Positions 38,880 through 44,826 of a DNA stretch of 44,826 nt are shown here, one piece after another. Positions within the stretch are counted from its first letter, which is position 1, and each line of letters starts with the position of its first letter. This DNA is from Chthoniobacteraceae bacterium (lineage in GTDB: Bacteria; Verrucomicrobiota; Verrucomicrobiia; Chthoniobacterales; Chthoniobacteraceae). Position numbers and translations under genes: made by a program. The stretch covers positions 1 through 44,826 of the forward strand of contig JANNWY010000310.1 of NCBI GenBank assembly GCA_031409335.1, given 5' to 3'. The notes below the pieces were generated by a model. The model worked only from the letters and a program-made list of their open reading frames with translations, was not told where the DNA came from and did not search any database.

Positions 38880-38971
38880 AGCACGAGGATTTCAATCCGT
38901 GGCACCGAACACAATCCCAAGCTGCCAAAACCGCGGGATTTGCCAGCCGCAGGCAGACGCGCGCGATCTCG

Positions 38972-39829
38972 CTAGGGCGTCGAAAAGGCCGTGTGCTTGT
39001 GGCGTGGATGGCCGAGCAGGCGGGTCACGTAATCGTCCTGCGAAAGCTTCAGCGGCACGGGGCCGTCGGGTTCGCCGTTGATGAATTGCTGCACTTCCGC
39101 GTTATCGCTCGCGCGCATTTCTTCCGGTGTGCCGATGGCGAGGACTTTCCCCTGATTCGGGCCGGTGCCGAGCATGAGCATCCGCGAGCCGATGCGGAAG
39201 GCGCTCGTCATATCGTGCGTCACGACGACGGCGGTGATGCCGATGCCACGCGTGACTTGCTGGGTGAGAATATCGACGACGGAAACCATGATCGGATCGA
39301 GCCCGGCAGTCGGCTCATCGCTGAAGAGCAGCTCGGGATCGAGCGCCAAAGCCCGCGCGAGGCCGACGCGCTTTTTCATGCCGCCGCTGATCTCAGCGGG
39401 CTTGTAGTTTTCAAAACCGGAGAGGCCGACCATTTCGAGTTTCATCTTCACCATCAGGTCGATGATGTCCGGCGCGAGCTTGGTGTGCTCCTCGATCGGC
39501 AGCGCCACGTTTTCCCCTACAGTCAGCGATTGCAGGAGCGCACCACTTTGAAAAAGCAGGCCGAACCGGCGGCGGATGGCGGCGAGTTCGCGCTCGTTCA
39601 TCGTGGTAATTTCCTCGCCGAAAAGTTTCACCGAGCCCGAGGTCGGTTTCATCGAACCGACGACATGGCGAAGCAGCGTGCTTTTCCCGCAGCCCGACGC
39701 GCCCATCACGATCATCGTGTCGCCTTTGAAAACCTGGAACGAAATGCCATTGAGCACGCGCCGCCCGTTGAATTCGCGGACGAGATCGGTGACTTCGATG
39801 ACTGGCTGGGCGGACGGCGCGGCGTTCAT
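38972..39829 (-). CDS. mlaF: MlaF/Mkl family ABC transporter ATP-binding protein
   Basis: GASGCGKS, FQSGALL, ISGGMKKRVGLARALALDP, DEPTAGLDP, VQQFING. Confidence 0.88.
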   Translation of the reverse strand: MNAAPSAQPVIEVTDLVREFNGRRVLNGISFQVFKGDTMIVMGASGCGKSTLLRHVVGSMKPTSGSVKLFGEEITTMNERELAAIRRRFGLLFQSGALLQSLTVGENVALPIEEHTKLAPDIIDLMVKMKLEMVGLSGFENYKPAEISGGMKKRVGLARALALDPELLFSDEPTAGLDPIMVSVVDILTQQVTRGIGITAVVVTHDMTSAFRIGSRMLMLGTGPNQGKVLAIGTPEEMRASDNAEVQQFINGEPDGPVPLKLSQDDYVTRLLGHPRHKHTAFSTP

Positions 39830-39919
39830 GCGGCGGGAAGGAAAAGCGTTTCGGGAGACATCTGCAAATGGCAAGTGCGCACGGTTGCGGACTGTCGGCG
39901 GGATGGGCACAGTGCGGCC

Positions 39920-40531
39920 ATGGAAATTGCCGAGCAGATCCGCGAAATCGAAGCCGAGCGCGACCTCGCGCGGAAGGCTCTGCGCGTGGCGATGCTGGTG
40001 GCGGGTTCGTTCCGCGCGATTGGTTTGGAGACGGTGGTGGTGGGCGGTTCGGCGATCGAGTTTTTCACCGACGGCGACTACATGAGCGGCGATGTGGACC
40101 TTTGTTTTCGCGATCGGGCGCGACCGGAATTGCGGGTGATCGCCACGGTGATGGAGCGGCTCGGCGCGAAATCCAGCAGCGTGCGCACGTTTCAAGTCGC
40201 GGGACTTTTCGTGGACATCCTCGGGCAGGTCGAGTCGCTGGCGCGCACGGAATTTCGCAAGGTCGTGAGTGCCGACGGGCGCGATTTTCTTTTCATCGCG
40301 AAACCCGAGGATTTGCTGCCGGAGCGGGTGTTGCTCGCGGTGTATCCCTCGCCAAACGAGGAGGCGCTGGCCTGCGCGAAAAAGCTGGCGGCCGCGGCGG
40401 TGAGCGGACGCGTGGCGATGGATTGGGCGGAGGCGGCGCGCGTGGCGGCGCTGCCGGAATATCGGGTGGAGAAAGAACTGACCGAACTGGTGGAAAACAT
40501 CCGGCGCGAAACCGCGCCACCCCAGCCATGA
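39920..40531 (+). CDS. nucleotidyltransferase family protein (DUF6036-like)
   Basis: VVVGGSAIEFFTDGDYMSGDVDL; PEDLL..R. Confidence 0.8.
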   Translation: MEIAEQIREIEAERDLARKALRVAMLVAGSFRAIGLETVVVGGSAIEFFTDGDYMSGDVDLCFRDRARPELRVIATVMERLGAKSSSVRTFQVAGLFVDILGQVESLARTEFRKVVSADGRDFLFIAKPEDLLPERVLLAVYPSPNEEALACAKKLAAAAVSGRVAMDWAEAARVAALPEYRVEKELTELVENIRRETAPPQP

Positions 40532-40710
40532 ACGAGCCGATCATCCCGATGGATCGCGCGATCACGCTGGAGGATTGGGAGCGCGGGCGGGCCGCGCGGA
40601 AACGGATCGGCGAACTCGTGGCTCCGGGATCGTGCCGCCGAAAACAAAGCGCGGACGACCGGCGATTGCGCGCGGCCTTCGGAGGCGAGCGCGCGCCGGG
40701 GAGGAAATGA
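40528..40710 (+). CDS. small basic hypothetical protein coupled to the NTase
   Basis: ATGA overlap with the upstream stop; 60 aa, Arg-rich. Confidence 0.55.
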   Translation: MNEPIIPMDRAITLEDWERGRAARKRIGELVAPGSCRRKQSADDRRLRAAFGGERAPGRK

Positions 40711-40800
40711 CCGGGGGGGGGAAATGGCCCTCGTTCTCGAGTTTGTGAGTCTGGCCCGATTTGGTGGACGTGATCGGGCGAGGACGCCATGTTTCCGGCC

Positions 40801-41322
40801 ATGCGTCACGAAACGAACCGCGAGCGGGTTGAAAAACTCATGGTGGAACTCGGGCGCGCGGCGCGGGAGCCGGGGCGGATTTATTTCACGGGTGGCGTGT
40901 CAGCGGTGCTCATCGGCTGGCGCGAGATGACGATGGATGTGGACCTCAAACCCGACCCGGAGCCCGTGGGAATTTTTGATGCGCTGGCGCGGCTGAAGGA
41001 GGAGATCGAAATTAACATCGAACTCGCCTCACCCGACGATTTCATCCCGGCGCTCGACGGGTGGCAGGGCCGCAGCGTGTTCATTGCGCGGCACGGGCGG
41101 ATTGATTTTTTTCACTACGATTTTTACGCGCAGGCGCTGGCAAAGATCGAGCGGGATCACGACCGCGATCGGCGCGATGTCGGGCAAATGATCGAGCGCG
41201 GGCTGGTGGAGAAAGCGCGCCTGCTGGATTGCTTTCGAGAGATCGAATCGAAGCTCCTGCGTTTCCCCGCGATCGAGCCGCGCGCTTTTGCGCTGCGGGT
41301 GAACGCCGTCTGCCAGCCATGA
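40801..41322 (+). CDS. nucleotidyltransferase family protein (DUF6036-like)
   Basis: IYFTGGVSAVLIGWREMTMDVDLK; ALAKIERDHDRDRRD. Confidence 0.85.
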   Translation: MRHETNRERVEKLMVELGRAAREPGRIYFTGGVSAVLIGWREMTMDVDLKPDPEPVGIFDALARLKEEIEINIELASPDDFIPALDGWQGRSVFIARHGRIDFFHYDFYAQALAKIERDHDRDRRDVGQMIERGLVEKARLLDCFREIESKLLRFPAIEPRAFALRVNAVCQP

Positions 41323-41630
41323 GCGCGATGGAAAATTTGCCGGGCAGCGATTTGATTCGCGCGGGGTTGCGCGATGTCACGGCGGGTGTCGAAAGCGTCG
41401 AGGCGCTGCTCGTGGAAATCGCGGCGGGACGCTTGCGCGAGAGCGGGCTGCCGGTTCCGGCGATGCAGCCCGCGACGCTCGACGCGGAGATTCGCCTCCA
41501 CCGTCTGCTGGCAAAAACGCATGGCGATGATGCGTTCGGTCGATACAACGCGCTGTTGCGGCGGCTCGTCAGTTTTACCCGCGCGCTGGATGTCACCGCA
41601 GCTAGCCAGCAAAAAAGAACAGCCCCGTGA
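41319..41630 (+). CDS. small helical protein, probable NTase partner
   Basis: ATGA overlap; LPGSDLIRAGL..EALLVEI..RYNALLRRLVSF. Confidence 0.75.
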   Translation: MSAMENLPGSDLIRAGLRDVTAGVESVEALLVEIAAGRLRESGLPVPAMQPATLDAEIRLHRLLAKTHGDDAFGRYNALLRRLVSFTRALDVTAASQQKRTAP

Positions 41631-42342
41631 GGGTGGCGTTGGCGATCAGCATCATGAGCAACGACCACACGACGGAACTCGTGGTGGCGTGGCCCACGCC
41701 TTCCGCGCCGCCTTCCACCGAGAGGCCCATGTGACACGCGATGGTGATGATGAGCCAGGCGAAGACGAAGCTCTTGATGATGCCGGAGTGGAGATCGAAG
41801 GCGTCGGCGAATTCCAGCGAGCGCAGGATGTAGGCAGCGGTGGGGAAATCGAGCGCGTAGTGGCAGACCGACCAGCCGCCGACCATGCCCACGCAATTCC
41901 CGAAGACGGTGAGCGTGGGCAGCATGATGAGCATGGCCAGGAAGCGCGGGACGATGAGGAAACGGATGGGATTGATGGCCATGACTTCGAGGGCCTCGAT
42001 TTCCTCGGAAACTTTCATGGTGCCAAGCTCGGCGGTGACTGCGGAGCCGCTGCGCCCGATGACGATGACGCCGATGAGGAGCGGGCCGAGTTCGCGTAAC
42101 AGCGAGACGGAGACGAGGCCGGGGACGTAGCTGAGGCCGCCGAGTTTTTTCAGCTCACCGGCGGATTGCATCGCGAGGGTGAGGCCGATGCTGAAGGAGG
42201 TGAGGCAGGCCATCGGCAGCGCCTGCACACCGATAAGCACCATCTGCCGGAAGACCTGCGCGACGCTCCACCGCTGGCCCCGGAACGGCGCGAGCAGCGT
42301 CCAGTAAAGGATGCGCGCGTTCAGCGCGAGGTAGGCTTTCAA
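41602..42342 (-). CDS. mlaE: MlaE family ABC transporter permease
   Basis: RELGPLL..GRSGSAVTAELGTMKVSEEIEALEVMAINP..PR; GAEGVG.ATT; TTG start overlapping the STAS stop. Confidence 0.9.
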   Translation of the reverse strand: MKAYLALNARILYWTLLAPFRGQRWSVAQVFRQMVLIGVQALPMACLTSFSIGLTLAMQSAGELKKLGGLSYVPGLVSVSLLRELGPLLIGVIVIGRSGSAVTAELGTMKVSEEIEALEVMAINPIRFLIVPRFLAMLIMLPTLTVFGNCVGMVGGWSVCHYALDFPTAAYILRSLEFADAFDLHSGIIKSFVFAWLIITIACHMGLSVEGGAEGVGHATTSSVVWSLLMMLIANATLTGLFFFAG

Positions 42343-42686
42343 GCGGGCGGGGAAAGCAGCCGCGCGCGGGCGTCGTCGCGCGATTCCACGATCGGGAGGA
42401 TTTCGCCGAGGCGGACGAGATCGAAGATTGTTTTCACGCGCGCGCTCAGGCCAAGCAGGGCGATCTTCCCGCCAAACTCCTGCGCGCTGCGGACGTACTC
42501 GACGATGGTCGCGAGGCCAGAGGAGTCGATGTAGGGAACGTCGGTGAGATCCAGCGCCAGCGCGGGCGCCTTCGCTTTCACCCACACGTGCAGCGCCGCG
42601 CGCAGGTCGGGCGATTGGTAAAGATCGACTTCTCCCTCCAGCAAAAGCACCGGCAAACCGGCGTGGTCGATCTGGCGTATTTGCAT
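42339..42686 (-). CDS. STAS domain protein (MlaB-like / anti-sigma factor antagonist)
   Basis: GEVDLY..LDLTDVPYIDSSGLATI. Confidence 0.9.
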   Translation of the reverse strand: MQIRQIDHAGLPVLLLEGEVDLYQSPDLRAALHVWVKAKAPALALDLTDVPYIDSSGLATIVEYVRSAQEFGGKIALLGLSARVKTIFDLVRLGEILPIVESRDDARARLLSPPA

Positions 42687-42786
42687 GGCGGAGAGCGTTA
42701 CCAGCGGGCATCGCGGCGCGGAAGGCGAAAGTGCTGGACGCGCGCGGGATTGGCATTTCGCGGAAGCTGGCTAAGGTCGCGAGACT

Positions 42787-43494
42787 ATGAACTCCCGTTT
42801 GCTCGCCACCCTGGCCGTCGTCGTTCTGGCGGTTTGTCTCGGGGCCGTTTGGTTTTTGAACAGTCAGCCTGCCGTAACGACCGGGGTGGTGGCCACGCCG
42901 GTGCCCGAAAAAGCTGCCATCGCGACCGCACCGCCGCCGAAGACGATCACTGTCGTCAAGCGAACCACGCCGCCGTCCGTGGCGACGACGAATACCTCCG
43001 AGCCGCTGGAGCCTGTGAAGGAACCCGCTCCCGCGCTTGCGGCTTGGGAAATCAAGATCGACCAGGCGCTGCGTGCGAACGTGGACGAGTCGCAGACCGC
43101 GCAAATTCTCATCAGCATGCTGCCGACGCTGCCCAAGGAAGGACAGGCGGAGGCGGCGCAACACATCACGAACCTTGTGCTGGACAAGGATTACGGGCGC
43201 ATCCTGCCGCTCGTGAAAAATCCCGCGCTGTCGCAGGATGTGCTCGATGTTTTCGTGACCGATCTGATGAATCGGGAGGACGAGGTGAAACTCCCGGCGA
43301 TGCTCGCCATCGCGAAGATTCCGAATCATCCGCATCACGAAGAGGCACTCGCCGACTTGCAGATTTTTTTGGATGAAGATCACGGTGCCGATTGGGGGAA
43401 GTGGGACGCGGCGATGAAATCGTATCTCAAGCGGCAGGCAGCGGAAAACGCGGCGGCGGACGCGCTCGTTCCGGGCGCGCCTCCGGGGCAATGA
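42787..43494 (+). CDS. membrane-anchored hypothetical protein
   Basis: N-terminal TM, Pro/Thr-rich linker, helical C-domain; ATGA overlap with ubiX. Confidence 0.75.
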   Translation: MNSRLLATLAVVVLAVCLGAVWFLNSQPAVTTGVVATPVPEKAAIATAPPPKTITVVKRTTPPSVATTNTSEPLEPVKEPAPALAAWEIKIDQALRANVDESQTAQILISMLPTLPKEGQAEAAQHITNLVLDKDYGRILPLVKNPALSQDVLDVFVTDLMNREDEVKLPAMLAIAKIPNHPHHEEALADLQIFLDEDHGADWGKWDAAMKSYLKRQAAENAAADALVPGAPPGQ

Positions 43495-44042
43495 GGCTCG
43501 TCATCGCCGCCACGGGCGCGAGCGGGGCGATTTATTTGCAGCGGTTGATCGAGAAAATCGACGTGGTCGCGAACGAAGTGCATCTCATCAGCAGCGCGTT
43601 TGCGAAGCAGGTGATCGCGGAGGAGATCGGCGAGTTGATCGTGCCGCCGGGCGTGCATCAGCACGGCGACAGGTCGATGAACGTGCCGTTCGCCAGTGGC
43701 TCCGCGCGGTTCGACGCGATGGTGGTCGTCCCGTGTTCGATGGGCACGCTCGGGCGCATCGCGGCGGGCACGAGCGACACGGCGCTGCTCCGTGCGGCGG
43801 ATGTCTTTTTGAAAGAACGCCGCCAGCTCATCCTCGTGCCACGCGAGACGCCGTGGAATTTGATCCACGCGCGAAACGTCGTGGCGGTGATGGAAGCTGG
43901 CGCAACGGTGCTGCCGGCGTCGCCCGGATTTTATTCGCGACCGCAGTCGATCGCGGACGTCGCGGATACAGTCGTCGCGCGGATTCTCGATCAACTCGGG
44001 CTGCCGAATCCGGGGGCGTTTCGCTGGAAGCAGGAGGAATGA
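43491..44042 (+). CDS. ubiX: flavin prenyltransferase
   Basis: ATGASGAIY, ASGS, PCSMGTL, RAADVFLKERRQLILVPRETP, PASPGFY. Confidence 0.95.
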   Translation: MRLVIAATGASGAIYLQRLIEKIDVVANEVHLISSAFAKQVIAEEIGELIVPPGVHQHGDRSMNVPFASGSARFDAMVVVPCSMGTLGRIAAGTSDTALLRAADVFLKERRQLILVPRETPWNLIHARNVVAVMEAGATVLPASPGFYSRPQSIADVADTVVARILDQLGLPNPGAFRWKQEE

Positions 44043-44665
44043 CTCACGAGACGAAGGCGCGCGTCCTTGCGGCGCTTGGTTCGTGGGTGATGCGCGCGCT
44101 GCTCGTCACGCTGCGGTTCCGCTTCAAGGACCGCGCGCGGATCATGGCGACGCCGCCCGAAAAGCCGCTGCTCTGGGCCTTCTGGCACAACCGGCTTTTC
44201 GTCATGCCGTACGTGTTCGAGCATTTTTTCCCAGGGCGCCCCGGTGCCGCGCTCACGAGCGCGAGCAAGGACGGGGAAATCCTCGCCGCGTTTCTGAATC
44301 GGTTTGGCGTGCGCGCGATTCGCGGATCGAGTTCCCGCGGCGGCGCGCGTGCGCTCGTGGAAATGAAACGCGCGATCAAGGACGGATTCATCATGGGAAT
44401 CACACCCGACGGCCCGCGCGGCCCGCTTTACCATCTGAATCCCGGCGTGGTGAAACTCGCGCAAGTCAGCGGCGGCTTTGTCCTCCCCGTGCGCATTCGC
44501 TATTCGCGTTTCTGGCAGTTGAAAAGCTGGGACGGCTTTATGATTCCGAAGCCGTTCGCCAGGGTGGAAATCACGTTCGACACGCTTCACGCCGTCCCGC
44601 CGACTTCCGATGATGCGGCGTTTGAGGCCGAGCGCGTGCGAATGCAGGAAACGCTCGCGCAGTGA
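44039..44665 (+). CDS. DUF374 / lysophospholipid acyltransferase family protein
   Basis: FWHNR, SASKDGE, RGSSSRGG, TPDGPRGP, SWDGFMIPKPF. Confidence 0.9.
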   Translation: MTHETKARVLAALGSWVMRALLVTLRFRFKDRARIMATPPEKPLLWAFWHNRLFVMPYVFEHFFPGRPGAALTSASKDGEILAAFLNRFGVRAIRGSSSRGGARALVEMKRAIKDGFIMGITPDGPRGPLYHLNPGVVKLAQVSGGFVLPVRIRYSRFWQLKSWDGFMIPKPFARVEITFDTLHAVPPTSDDAAFEAERVRMQETLAQ

Positions 44666-44773
44666 TTTCGCACTGTGGCTGGCCGCTCCAGCGGCGAGCG
44701 GGATAGGTGGCGGGGCCGAAGCAAACCCCCCCATTTACCGCAAGCCGCTGGGGGGGCCAGCCACAGTGCGAAA
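44666..44773. repeat. long inverted repeat directly after the DUF374 stop (REP/MITE-like or terminator)
   Basis: tttcgcactgtggctggcc..agcggc / gccgct..ggccagccacagtgcgaaa, about 30-bp arms with 19 perfect outer bp. Confidence 0.75.
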
Positions 44774-44826
44774 ACACCAAGAGCATATCACGCTAAAAAC
44801 CCCAACGTATTACACCAATCAGCTCA

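Noticed and set aside
38993..39919. 512-aa ORF suggesting a large NTase fusion
   Set aside because: The upstream part is the antisense shadow of mlaF; the plausible start is 39920
42343..43491. 629-aa ORF suggesting an extended MlaE
   Set aside because: The extension overlaps the STAS gene and the opposite-strand gene; MlaE starts at the TTGA overlap at 42342

Overview
GC-rich bacterial DNA, most likely Verrucomicrobiota (Chthoniobacterales-like). This is inferred from the PEP-CTERM protein, the Zn-finger/Ser-Thr kinase/WD40 protein, the secreted modular proteins and the intergenic repeat families. Left part: kinase-WD40 gene, a small-protein + nucleotidyltransferase pair, a PEP-CTERM gene, then a defence hotspot (5.9-9.7 kb). 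In the hotspot a type ISP/IIG-like restriction-modification gene is broken. Its middle is replaced by a lower-GC, translationally coupled three-gene cassette (218-aa unknown, atypical 99-aa antitoxin-like ORF, VapC/PIN toxin), followed by mrr. The 218-aa protein has a stand-alone homologue at 19099-19758 (ungapped alignment, about 31% identity by hand count). Middle: S9 peptidase fused to a zinc-metallopeptidase domain, flavin-dependent halogenase, two secreted modular proteins, site-2 protease, DUF1080, NUDIX-like protein, PilT-like ATPase, and a DUF1573-rhodanese-MauE/DoxX operon in which one base (24036) appears to remove both a stop and a start codon. Right part: nuoEF(fused)-G-H-I-J-K-L-M-N on the minus strand with palindromic repeats in all four long intergenic gaps, a lipoprotein, MBL hydrolase, core methionine synthase, a STAS-mlaE-mlaF operon interrupted by two nucleotidyltransferase + small-protein modules, ubiX and DUF374. 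No rRNA, tRNA, CRISPR array or transposase was recognised. All family calls are from motif recognition by eye, not database searches.
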